Assembly (NCBI GenBank): GCA_001829495.1
Contig: MIBJ01000057.1
Coordinates: 15,453 to 79,452, forward strand
DNA from: Spirochaetes bacterium RBG_16_49_21
Lineage (GTDB): Bacteria; Spirochaetota; UBA4802; UBA5550
Reading direction: 5' to 3'
DNA: 64,000 nucleotides
In this document: piece after piece, positions 1 to 8,736 of the stretch
Position numbering within the stretch: the first letter of the stretch is position 1
Layout: each line of letters starts with the position of its first letter
The notes under the pieces: model-generated
The model's database searches: none
What the model was told of the DNA's origin: nothing
The model's input: the letters and a program-made list of their open reading frames with translations, nothing else
Translations under genes and position numbers: made by a program

Positions 1-2
1 AC

Positions 3-824
3 TGCCTTCCCTGCGCAGAGGGGAGGCCCGCCCTGTGCGAGCCGGGCGCGGCCGCCAACTCATCAGGCACTCTGCTGTCCGGGGAGCGCAGGCTTCACCG
101 CGGCGCAGAGCCTGTCCACCACCACCTCGGCGTATCTGCATTTGCCGAGTACGCGACCGTATCCAGGCGGTCGCTTATCCCGATCGATCCGGAACTTAAG
201 CTCGAAACGGCCGCGTTGTTCGGCTGCGCCGTCCTGACCGGAGTAGGCGCGGTTGTCAATACCGCCCGGGTCAGCCCGGGATCCTCGGTCGCGGTTATCG
301 GCCTCGGCGGCGTAGGGCTTTCAGCCCTGCTCGGTGCTGTCCTGGCCGGGGCGGACCGCATTGCGGCAATAGACCTGTCTGATGAAAAGCTTAAGCTCGC
401 CCGCGTCCTGGGAGCCACCGATTGCTTCAACGCGTCATCGGGCGCCGGCGCGGACGAGATAAGAGAAGCCTTCAAGGGCGGGGCCAATTACGTGTTTGAG
501 ACCGCCGGGTCGGTAAAGGCTATGGAGCTCGCCTTCAGGATAACCCGCCGCGGCGGCACCACCGTGACCGTAGGGCTCTCTCCGCCAACCGCCATGCTTT
601 CCATACCCCACGTGATCCTGGTGGCTGAAGAGCGGACTATAAAGGGGAGCTACATCGGAACCTGCGTCCCGGTGCGCGACGTGCCGAATTATATCGCGCT
701 GTACCGCAGGGGGCGCCTGCCGGTCGACAGGCTGCTGAGCGGACGTCTGTCCCTGGAGGACATAAATATCGGCTTTGATCTTCTCAGGGAGGGGAAGGCG
801 GTTCGGCAGGTGATACTGTTTTAA
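3..824 (+). CDS. Zn-dependent (MDR-family) alcohol dehydrogenase, C-terminal part; 5' end lies outside the window
   Basis: Frame 3 is open from the window edge (CLPCAEGRPALCE...). It has a Rossmann motif AVIGLGGVGLSA and a typical MDR C-terminus. ORF-track entry 216..824 is the same frame. Confidence 0.8.
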   Translation, partial: CLPCAEGRPALCEPGAAANSSGTLLSGERRLHRGAEPVHHHLGVSAFAEYATVSRRSLIPIDPELKLETAALFGCAVLTGVGAVVNTARVSPGSSVAVIGLGGVGLSALLGAVLAGADRIAAIDLSDEKLKLARVLGATDCFNASSGAGADEIREAFKGGANYVFETAGSVKAMELAFRITRRGGTTVTVGLSPPTAMLSIPHVILVAEERTIKGSYIGTCVPVRDVPNYIALYRRGRLPVDRLLSGRLSLEDINIGFDLLREGKAVRQVILF

Positions 825-843
825 CGTCAGGAGGATACGAAAG

Positions 844-2310
844 ATGAATCTACCAGTTAAGAATACCTCATTGTTGAAACACGCAGCCTATATCGGCGGC
901 GAATGGGTGCCGGCACGGCAGGGGCATGTTTTGACGGTGACGAACCCGGCTGACGGGAGCGAGATCGCCCGGGTGCCTGACATGGGAGCCGAAGAAACCC
1001 GTCGCGCCATTGAGGCTGCGCGGGACGCGTTTCCCGCGTGGAGTTCACGGCCTGCCAAGGAACGGGCGGCCATTCTGCGCGAATGGTACCGGCTCATCAT
1101 GGCCAACCAGGAGGATATTGCAGTGCTCCTCACATCCGAGCAGGGCAAGCCGCTGACCGAGGCGCGCGGCGAGGTTGCATACGGCGCCTCATTCATCGAG
1201 TGGTTTGCGGAAGAAGGGAAGCGGGTATACGGCGACGTGATCCCGGCGCCGGCTGCCGGCCGGCGCATTGTGGTGCTCAAGCAGCCGGTAGGGGTTTCCG
1301 CGGCTATTACGCCCTGGAATTTTCCGGTGGCGATGGTCACCCGCAAGGTTGCGCCCGGTCTTGCCGCCGGCTGCACCGTGGTGATCAAGCCGGCCGAGGA
1401 CACCCCCCTGTGCGCCCTGGCCCTGGCCGCGCTCGGGGAGCAGGCAGGCATTCCTGCCGGAGTGCTCAACGTGGTGACGACCGCACATCCGGCGGAAGTC
1501 GGCGCGGAGCTCACCGCCAATCCGATAGTGCGCAAGCTTTCCTTCACCGGCTCGACCGAGATAGGCAAGCTCCTCATGCGCCAGTGCGCGGACACGGTGA
1601 AAAAAGTTTCGCTCGAGCTGGGAGGCAACGCGCCGTTCATAGTCTTCGACGACGCTGACCTGGACGCCGCGGTGGCGGGCGCGATGGCGTCCAAGTTCCG
1701 CAACTCGGGCCAGACCTGCGTCTGCGCCAACCGCATTCTTGTCCAGAAGAGCATTTACGACGCCTTCGCGGCCAAGCTCGCCGAAGCCGTTGCCGGTCTC
1801 AAGGTCGGGCCCGGTCTTGAAGCAGGCGTCCAGCAGGGGCCGCTCATAAATGCGGCTGCGGTGGAAAAGGTCGAGGAGCACATCAGGGATGCGGTGGCAA
1901 AGGGCGCGCGCATCATCAGCGGCGGCAGGCGCCATGCGCGCGGCGGGACCTTTTTCGAGCCGACGGTCCTTGCAGAGGTCAACCGGCTGATGAAGCTGAG
2001 CGAAGAAGAAACCTTCGGTCCGGTCGCTCCTCTTTACCGGTTCCAAACAGAGGATGAGGCCATTGCCCTGGCCAATGACACCCGCTACGGGCTTGCATCA
2101 TATTTTTACGCGCGCGATCTGGGGCGCGCGTGGAGGGTCGCTGAGGCGCTTGAGTACGGCATAGTCGGCGTGAACGAGGGGATAATATCCACCGAGGTTG
2201 CGCCCTTCGGCGGGTTCAAGGAGTCGGGCATCGGCCGCGAGGGCTCCAAATACGGGATCGAGGAGTATCTTGAGATCAAGTATGTGATGTTCGGCGGCCT
2301 CGCCCCGTAA
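844..2310 (+). CDS. gabD: NAD(P)-dependent succinate-semialdehyde dehydrogenase
   Basis: 488 aa, collinear with E. coli GabD as I recall it (ITPWNFP, FTGSTEIG, ELGGNAP, FRNSGQTCVCANR, EETFGP). AGGAG lies 8 nt upstream of the ATG. Confidence 0.9.
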   Translation: MNLPVKNTSLLKHAAYIGGEWVPARQGHVLTVTNPADGSEIARVPDMGAEETRRAIEAARDAFPAWSSRPAKERAAILREWYRLIMANQEDIAVLLTSEQGKPLTEARGEVAYGASFIEWFAEEGKRVYGDVIPAPAAGRRIVVLKQPVGVSAAITPWNFPVAMVTRKVAPGLAAGCTVVIKPAEDTPLCALALAALGEQAGIPAGVLNVVTTAHPAEVGAELTANPIVRKLSFTGSTEIGKLLMRQCADTVKKVSLELGGNAPFIVFDDADLDAAVAGAMASKFRNSGQTCVCANRILVQKSIYDAFAAKLAEAVAGLKVGPGLEAGVQQGPLINAAAVEKVEEHIRDAVAKGARIISGGRRHARGGTFFEPTVLAEVNRLMKLSEEETFGPVAPLYRFQTEDEAIALANDTRYGLASYFYARDLGRAWRVAEALEYGIVGVNEGIISTEVAPFGGFKESGIGREGSKYGIEEYLEIKYVMFGGLAP

Positions 2311-2339
2311 AGGAGCGGAATCCTCTGGGATTCAGAGGG

Positions 2340-3176
2340 TCAGCGGCGAGCCCCTTTCCCCATGATGATCAATCCGTAATCGAATTTGAGCAGCGTGTAA
2401 TTCTTCAACAGGGATGATATCCCTTCAGCCATGTCAAGGTCGCGTATGCGGCTTTCAGAGGCCTGGAGGTTAACGTAATAGAAGCTCCTCCCCTTGATGC
2501 GGAATTCCAGGATATTGGCCCGGGCGCCGGAATGGGAGCGCATCTTCGTGACGGTACTCATCGCGGCATCAACGGCCTTGATGCAGTCCGGGGGATCAAT
2601 CGCTACATTGATCCTGCTGATTCCAAGGCTTACAGCGGTGAGCTCCGGGATCACCTTCTTGGTATTGAATTCGGAATATGAAGCGTTGTCGTCGATTTCC
2701 CGTACCAGTTGGGCCACCTCGGCCTGGATGAGCTCCCGGTCCTCGGCTCCCAGGATGCTGTTTGACGCCTGGATCGAGAGCTTGCGTATCCGGGCGAGCA
2801 GCGCAGAATCGTGCGAAAGGGCGGACTCGACATAGTTGAGATAGTTGCGCATGTCCTGCTCGTTCACCGCCCTCTGCCGTACTTCAAGGATCATGCTCTT
2901 CAATTTCTCGGCAACTGCGAACCCGGAAGGGTCATCCGAGGGATTCACGATCCGTAATCCGGATGAGAGCTTTTCGAAGTTCTTTTGTATTTCCGCATTC
3001 AGGTATTTCTCCCTGTTCAGAAGGAAATGGCCGGCATTGGTGCCGTAGATCAGCATGTTCCCGCCCTCGGGCAGGATCATGAACGGCTCATTCCCCTGCG
3101 CCGCTCCGTATGCAGCATGCATGCCGGGAGCTGCGCTTAAGACAATTATTATGAGCAACGTTCTGGCAAGATTCAT
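2340..3176 (-). CDS. Flagellin-domain protein with N-terminal Sec-type signal peptide
   Basis: Flagellin N-domain signature (LSSGLRIVNPSDDPSGFAVAEKL..., DRELIQAEVAQLVREID) and C-domain signature (ASESRIRDLDMAE). The N-terminus MNLARTLLIIIVLSAAPGMHAAYGA looks like a cleavable signal peptide. Confidence 0.7.
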   Translation of the reverse strand: MNLARTLLIIIVLSAAPGMHAAYGAAQGNEPFMILPEGGNMLIYGTNAGHFLLNREKYLNAEIQKNFEKLSSGLRIVNPSDDPSGFAVAEKLKSMILEVRQRAVNEQDMRNYLNYVESALSHDSALLARIRKLSIQASNSILGAEDRELIQAEVAQLVREIDDNASYSEFNTKKVIPELTAVSLGISRINVAIDPPDCIKAVDAAMSTVTKMRSHSGARANILEFRIKGRSFYYVNLQASESRIRDLDMAEGISSLLKNYTLLKFDYGLIIMGKGARR

Positions 3177-3479
3177 ATTCAGCCTTTCCGTAATATATAA
3201 TAATATATAATTTGACTTAGGCGAAATTATATTTCGTTATCAGGCCGTGGCGATCAACAACAAACGTATGCCCGGATCCGTTTCAAGGTCAGCATGATGC
3301 AATATATGCGACTGTAATTAAAAAAATCCAGCAATTAATCACGTGCTCTCTTATAACCGTACGTTCAGACAATCCTTTTAAATTAAAAATAGTTTCAATA
3401 AAAATTTAGCCCGTTACTTTCTTGACATAAAGCCTCATATCTGCTCTACTTGGAAACTTCACTGTTAAGGAGCAGGGAC

Positions 3480-4067
3480 ATGAAACGTAAACTTTTTCCG
3501 GGCACAATCATTGCTTTCGCCGTGGCGCTATTCTTCACCGTGCCGCTGCTTTCGAGCGACACCTCAGACGCAGAGGCTTTGCGCGAGCGGTGCGAAAAGG
3601 AATTCAAGCCCATCGAGGTGAGCGTCGCCAATTTCGGCGACCCGTCCGACAAGAGCGGTTTACAGGAAGGGGCGAAAAAACTCAAGCTCGGCAAGCTGAA
3701 GATCACGCAGTCCAAGTACACGGAAGCCATCGATATCTACAACGGCTACCTGAAGCTTCAATGGGGAATATACGTCAGCCTTGCGAAAAAATACATCGAG
3801 CGCACGCGCACGATCAATGACGAGATCGCGGAAGAGCTTGTCGACGCAATCGACAAGCCGAAGGTCGACGACTATTTCAAGCTCGCCTACCGAAATCTTG
3901 AGGACGCGAAAAAGGCGTTCGCTAACGACAATCCGGTCCTGGCGATCAATGCCTGCCGCCGCTCAAAGCAGTATTCCATCGGCGTGTACGGACTCGTCGG
4001 CAAGCCCGTGCCCGACAAGTACAAGGCGGACCTTGCGGATGCCGGAGGCGGGATCGCGGGAAAATAG
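3480..4067 (+). CDS. Hypothetical secreted protein
   Basis: ATG at 3480 is preceded by AAGGAG. N-terminus MKRKLFPGTIIAFAVALFFTVPLLSS is signal-peptide-like. No recognisable domain. Confidence 0.5.
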   Translation: MKRKLFPGTIIAFAVALFFTVPLLSSDTSDAEALRERCEKEFKPIEVSVANFGDPSDKSGLQEGAKKLKLGKLKITQSKYTEAIDIYNGYLKLQWGIYVSLAKKYIERTRTINDEIAEELVDAIDKPKVDDYFKLAYRNLEDAKKAFANDNPVLAINACRRSKQYSIGVYGLVGKPVPDKYKADLADAGGGIAGK

Positions 4068-4079
4068 ACCGGCCGGGAT

Positions 4080-5009
4080 TTACAGCGCCGCCGCGTATGC
4101 TATCATGCGTTTGCGCTGGTCGGCGTCCGGCAGCCTGCCGAAGCCGGCAGCCATGTTGTCCAGCATGTGCCGCTCTTTGGCGGTGGCCGGGATCACGCAG
4201 GTTGTCGCCGGATGGGCCGCGACGAATTTGAGAAAAAATTGGGCCCAGGTTTCGCAATCGAATTCCTTGCTCCATTCCGGCAGCTTTGCGCTCCTGACCT
4301 TGCCGAACAACCCTCCGCGCTCGAACGGACGGTTGATCAGCGTGCCGATTCCCCGGTCGGCGGCCAGCGGCAGCAGCACCTTTTCGGCTCTGCGGTCCTC
4401 CAGACTGTAGCTGAATTGGACGAAGTCCAGGGGTTCGCTCCGCATGATCTGCTCCAGCTCCTCGTGAAAGCGGCCGTGTGAGGTAGTGATGCCGATGTAA
4501 CGGACTTTGCCCTCCTTCTTCCATTCCCGCAAGGTTTTTAGATGTGTCCGCCAGTCGCGCAGATTGTGTACCTGCATCAGGTCAATTACCTTGACTCCCA
4601 GGAGACGCATCGATCGCTGCATCTGCTCGATGCCGTCCTGCCTGCCGTACGTCCAGACCTTGGTTGCGATAAACGGGGAGCCTCGTTTCCCGACCGATTT
4701 GAGAAGATCGCCCACGACCTCCTCGGCGCTTCCATACATCGGCGACGAATCGATTAGCGTTCCGCCGTTATCGAAAAATATCCGCAGAACCTCGGCCAGC
4801 CGGCGCCGTGCAGCGGAATCGTTGCCGATCTCAAAGGTTCCCGACGTGCCCATGCCGATGACCGGCAACGTTTCTCCGGAACGGGGAATTGGGCGTTTGA
4901 TCGGGACGCGCTTTTCCGCCTGGATCTGCTGTGCAAACGCCAGGCCGGCGGACACAGCTCCGATTGTCGTTAAAAATCTTCGGCGAGTCATTCTGTCATG
5001 TATATTCAT
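4080..5009 (-). CDS. Aldo/keto reductase with twin-arginine (Tat) signal
   Basis: The N-terminus has the Tat motif TRRRFLTTIGAVSAGLAFA. The body resembles the AKR fold (IDSSPMYGSAEEVVG, YIGITTSH). Confidence 0.8.
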   Translation of the reverse strand: MNIHDRMTRRRFLTTIGAVSAGLAFAQQIQAEKRVPIKRPIPRSGETLPVIGMGTSGTFEIGNDSAARRRLAEVLRIFFDNGGTLIDSSPMYGSAEEVVGDLLKSVGKRGSPFIATKVWTYGRQDGIEQMQRSMRLLGVKVIDLMQVHNLRDWRTHLKTLREWKKEGKVRYIGITTSHGRFHEELEQIMRSEPLDFVQFSYSLEDRRAEKVLLPLAADRGIGTLINRPFERGGLFGKVRSAKLPEWSKEFDCETWAQFFLKFVAAHPATTCVIPATAKERHMLDNMAAGFGRLPDADQRKRMIAYAAAL

Positions 5010-5559
5010 ATGCTTATTGCCTCCTTAATCAGGATATTCTAAAATACTGATATTCAGCCATTAAGTAAATTATTTGTATGCCAAAGTTTCCCTTCCCCTC
5101 AAGGGCTAGTTCTACCCACATCTCTCACACGCCAATCCTTTGGCCCCCTAAATCCCCGGAGGAGGCTAACAACTACCCACATCTCCATGTGTAAGAACAG
5201 GGGATAGGGGAATTGAAGAGATATCAGAGATAATTTTATTTTTTGAGCTTAAATGATTGTTTTTCCTCTTCAATTTTAACAATATTCCGCTAAAAATGTA
5301 TCTCTATCATCTCTTCTATCTTCTTATCCCCCTTGCTTACACACTTGTGGGTAGTTGTTAGCCCCGGAGGGGGACTTAAAAGCTTCTGTCAAACGGGCAT
5401 TGTAGCTGATAAACATATATCATTGTCTCCTTTGGGAGCATAGGGAGCCGATGAGCTGACTTGCAAGTCAACGTAAGCCCCCCTCCGGGGGGTTGGGGGG
5501 CATGAGAGAATGAGATGTGGGTAGACGTTAAGTGGCTGATTTATTGGACAGCCTCTTTC

Positions 5560-6906
5560 TTACGGCTTCGCCAATTTTTCCTGACGCCGGCTCAGCTTGA
5601 AGGAGAGCCATGCGCACGCACCGGCCAGCGGAAGCGCGAACAGTGCGATGCCGGATGCAGCCATGCCCAGAGCCTGCAAACCGGCGTAAATCCAGGCGCT
5701 GGAAAGGTCCCCGGCCCGGTAGACCACGGTGTCTATGAAGTTTTTCGCCTTGTATTTTTCTTCCGTGCCCACAACCACAAAAAGGATCTCGCGCGCCGGC
5801 CGCATGATGGCATAATTACCCGCTCTCTGTAGAATTTGTACTGCCACGACTACCGCCAGCACCGGTACCGCCCAAAGCGTGAGCAATCCCGTTCCCAATA
5901 TCAGAGGAGCAAGCAACAAGGCCCCGGCAAGGCCGAATTTTCTGATAACGCGGCTGCTCAGGAATATCTGAATCGCGAGGGTGATGGCGTTGACTGAGAA
6001 ATCCATGGATGCGAACAGGGCGGTGCGCCCGGCCGGATCCCCGATACTGTCGCGTACGATGTGTGCCTGGTGAAAGTATAAAAAGGTGGCGAGGGCCGTA
6101 TATAGAAGCATCAGCAGGCAGATCCCGGCCAGATACGAAGACTGAAGCACCAGCCGTATACCGGCGAATATTCCCCCGCCCATAGGCTTATCGTTTATTG
6201 AAGACCCTGCAGTGCCGCGCCGGTCCGTTGCAGCGGCGATTGCCTGCGTATCCCCGGACCGCTTCCCGGCGATGAGCCGGTTGATGCACACAAGAGCCCA
6301 GCCCAGGAACAGCGCGGAGATGAGCAGCAGGCTCGCGGTTCCTATATGAATGACCAGTACCGCGGTCAATGCCGGGCCCGCCAGCGCCCCGGCTGTGCCG
6401 CCGGCTGCTATCACGCCGAAAAGCCGCTTCGCCTGTTCGCTCGTGAAAATATCCACCATAAGGCTCCAGAAGACCGATACGATGAACAGGTTAAAAACGC
6501 TGACCCAGATGAAAAAGGCGCGCGCCACATATTCGTGCCTGAGCTCTGACATAAAAAGAATGTAAAACAGCAGCAGATTTCCGATGAGAAAGGAGTATAC
6601 ATACGGCAAAAACTGTTTGACGGCAAAGCGCCTGGTCACCCAGCCGAACAGGGGTACGACCGCGAGCGTCGAGAGGAAGGTGGCGCTGAACATCCATTGC
6701 AGATGCTCGACCCCTCCGGCGATTCCCATCTCGTCGCGTATCGGACGGATGATGTAGTAGGCGCACAGGAGCGCGAAAAAAAAGGCGAATGCCCAGAAGA
6801 GCGGCCAAAGCTCCCCGCGCTCCACCGCCGCCAGCCGCCTCACTGCGGAATAGATCCCGGGGAAGCGGTTCGGGGACGCGGGTTTGGATGCGGATGAGCT
6901 ACTCAT
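5560..6906 (-). CDS. Multi-pass membrane transporter (MFS-like; possibly Npt/TLC nucleotide-transporter-like)
   Basis: About 12 hydrophobic segments. The N-terminal motif YYIIRPIRDEMG recalls Npt/TLC-type carriers. Start moved to MSSSSASKP at 6906 because the longer ORF-track N-terminus runs into AT-rich promoter repeats. Confidence 0.65.
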   Translation of the reverse strand: MSSSSASKPASPNRFPGIYSAVRRLAAVERGELWPLFWAFAFFFALLCAYYIIRPIRDEMGIAGGVEHLQWMFSATFLSTLAVVPLFGWVTRRFAVKQFLPYVYSFLIGNLLLFYILFMSELRHEYVARAFFIWVSVFNLFIVSVFWSLMVDIFTSEQAKRLFGVIAAGGTAGALAGPALTAVLVIHIGTASLLLISALFLGWALVCINRLIAGKRSGDTQAIAAATDRRGTAGSSINDKPMGGGIFAGIRLVLQSSYLAGICLLMLLYTALATFLYFHQAHIVRDSIGDPAGRTALFASMDFSVNAITLAIQIFLSSRVIRKFGLAGALLLAPLILGTGLLTLWAVPVLAVVVAVQILQRAGNYAIMRPAREILFVVVGTEEKYKAKNFIDTVVYRAGDLSSAWIYAGLQALGMAASGIALFALPLAGACAWLSFKLSRRQEKLAKP

Positions 6907-6930
6907 GACGGCCGTACTCTTATCAGTGTT

Positions 6931-6960
6931 ATAATAAAGTATAATAAAGTATAATAAAAA
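6931..6960. repeat. Three tandem 10-bp units (ATAATAAAGT x2, ATAATAAAAA)
   Basis: Read directly. On the minus strand this gives reiterated TATTAT/TATACT -10-like boxes 25-55 nt upstream of the transporter start. Confidence 0.8.
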
Positions 6961-7082
6961 GCCAATTAAATTCAATTAATTTACTTGACCCTCAGTATTG
7001 TTAAATGCAAATATTTTGGAGCTTCTTTCATAAGCAGCGAGCATCCATGGCTTCAATATTTTCATAGCGGAGAGTAAATCAG

Positions 7083-8294
7083 ATGCGGCCATTCAGCGGT
7101 GAACTGATCATTTTTCTTCTCGTTTCCTCCAGTATGATGGCGATTATTTACGGTTATGTGTGCTGGAAATTCGTAACCCACAGCCGCCTCTCTTCATCCT
7201 GGCGCCGTGTGGTCTGGCTGGTAACCATGGCGCTTTTTTTACTCAATCCGATCGGATTTATCAGCGGGTTTTTCTTCGGGCGATCTTCGTTTCCGGAACT
7301 GCTTTCCTGGATTTCCTATATCGGCCTGGGCTTCATGTCACTGGCTGCGGCGCTGCTCTTGATCTGGGATCTGGTTCGCCTTGCCGCCTTTTTCGCCACC
7401 AGATTGCGGAAGACCTTTCGTCCCCCGCGCTTTGTCAGGGAAACTTCCGTGGAATCGATCAATCGGCGCGAGTTCCTGCTGCAGTCGGTCAACATCGGCC
7501 TCATCGGGGCCGCGGCACTCCTGGGCGGTTACGGATTTTACGAGGCGCGCCGGCGCCCCCGGGTCGTCCCTGTTGAGGTGCCGATCCGCGATCTGCCGCC
7601 GGCCCTGGCCGGGTTTCATATCGTCCAGATAACCGACATTCATATCGGGCCGACGATCAAGCGCGGCTTCCTCGAAGCAATCGTAGAGGGGGTGAATTCC
7701 CTGCGGCCGGACATAGCCGCCGTCACCGGCGACCTGGCTGACGGCACGGTGGAGCACCTGGGATATCACGTGGCTCCGCTCCGGGAGCTGCACGCGAGTT
7801 CCGGCGTGTTCTTTGTCACGGGCAATCATGAATATTATTCAGGGGCGCTGGAATGGATGGAGGAGGTCAGCCGGCTGGGGCTCACTATACTCACCAACGA
7901 GCACCGGCTGATCCGCAAGGCGGGAAGCCGCCTCGTGCTTGCCGGCGTACCGGATTACAGCGCCGGGCGGCTGGTGCCGTCGCACCGGTCTGACCCGCAT
8001 GCTGCTTTAGCCGATGCTCCCGAAGCCGACGTCAGAATCCTGCTCGCTCATCAGCCGCGCAGCATTTTTGCAGCGGCAAAAGCAGGCTACGACCTCCAGA
8101 TTTCCGGGCACACCCACGGCGGCCAATACTTCCCCGGGAATCTCCTCGTTGCCCTGGTCCAGCCGTTCATCGCCGGCCTGCATCTTTACAAAAAGACGTG
8201 GATATATGTGAGCCGCGGCACCGGGTACTGGGGCCCGCCCCTGCGCCTCGGCTCCCCGTCGGAAATCACCTCGATTCGACTCGTACGTGCGTGA
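7083..8294 (+). CDS. Membrane-anchored metallophosphoesterase (YkuE-like)
   Basis: N-terminal TM helices followed by calcineurin-like motifs (DIHIGP, GDLADG, GNHEYY, GHTHGGQ). Confidence 0.8.
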   Translation: MRPFSGELIIFLLVSSSMMAIIYGYVCWKFVTHSRLSSSWRRVVWLVTMALFLLNPIGFISGFFFGRSSFPELLSWISYIGLGFMSLAAALLLIWDLVRLAAFFATRLRKTFRPPRFVRETSVESINRREFLLQSVNIGLIGAAALLGGYGFYEARRRPRVVPVEVPIRDLPPALAGFHIVQITDIHIGPTIKRGFLEAIVEGVNSLRPDIAAVTGDLADGTVEHLGYHVAPLRELHASSGVFFVTGNHEYYSGALEWMEEVSRLGLTILTNEHRLIRKAGSRLVLAGVPDYSAGRLVPSHRSDPHAALADAPEADVRILLAHQPRSIFAAAKAGYDLQISGHTHGGQYFPGNLLVALVQPFIAGLHLYKKTWIYVSRGTGYWGPPLRLGSPSEITSIRLVRA

Positions 8295-8313
8295 AAAAAC
8301 ATGCCCTTCGCGG

Positions 8314-8736
8314 TCATTCCGCGTCCGCGATCTTGCGCCGCGCGCTTTTTTTTCTGGCCTGAATCTTTTTCTCTTCCAGCCTTCTTTTTTTCTGCGCCAG
8401 GCTCACGGTAGTGGGCTTGCGTTTTTTCGAAACCCTCAGCGCCTGCGCGATCATGGCGGCGAACTTTTCGATCACCCGCTTACGGTTCGCGATCTGGGAG
8501 CGGCGCGATTCTTCGTTTAAGACGATGCAGCCTCTTCTGTTTATGATGTTCTTCAATTTTTTTCGCACGCGCTCTTTTTGCTCCTCGGTCAGAAACGCCG
8601 TGTCGGATAAATTGAACCGGAGCGTTACTTTAGTCGCCACCTTGTTCACGTTTTGACCTCCGGGGCCGGAGGAGCGAGAGGCGGTGATGATGATTTCGCC
8701 ATCCGGGATGGATACCGTGTTGTTTATTTTAATCAT
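8314..8736 (-). CDS. arfB: Alternative ribosome-rescue factor / peptidyl-tRNA hydrolase ArfB
   Basis: GGQ motif in context SSGPGGQNVNKVATKV, with a basic C-terminal tail. Start placed at MIKINNTV. It overlaps the upstream gene's stop by 8 nt. Confidence 0.8.
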   Translation of the reverse strand: MIKINNTVSIPDGEIIITASRSSGPGGQNVNKVATKVTLRFNLSDTAFLTEEQKERVRKKLKNIINRRGCIVLNEESRRSQIANRKRVIEKFAAMIAQALRVSKKRKPTTVSLAQKKRRLEEKKIQARKKSARRKIADAE

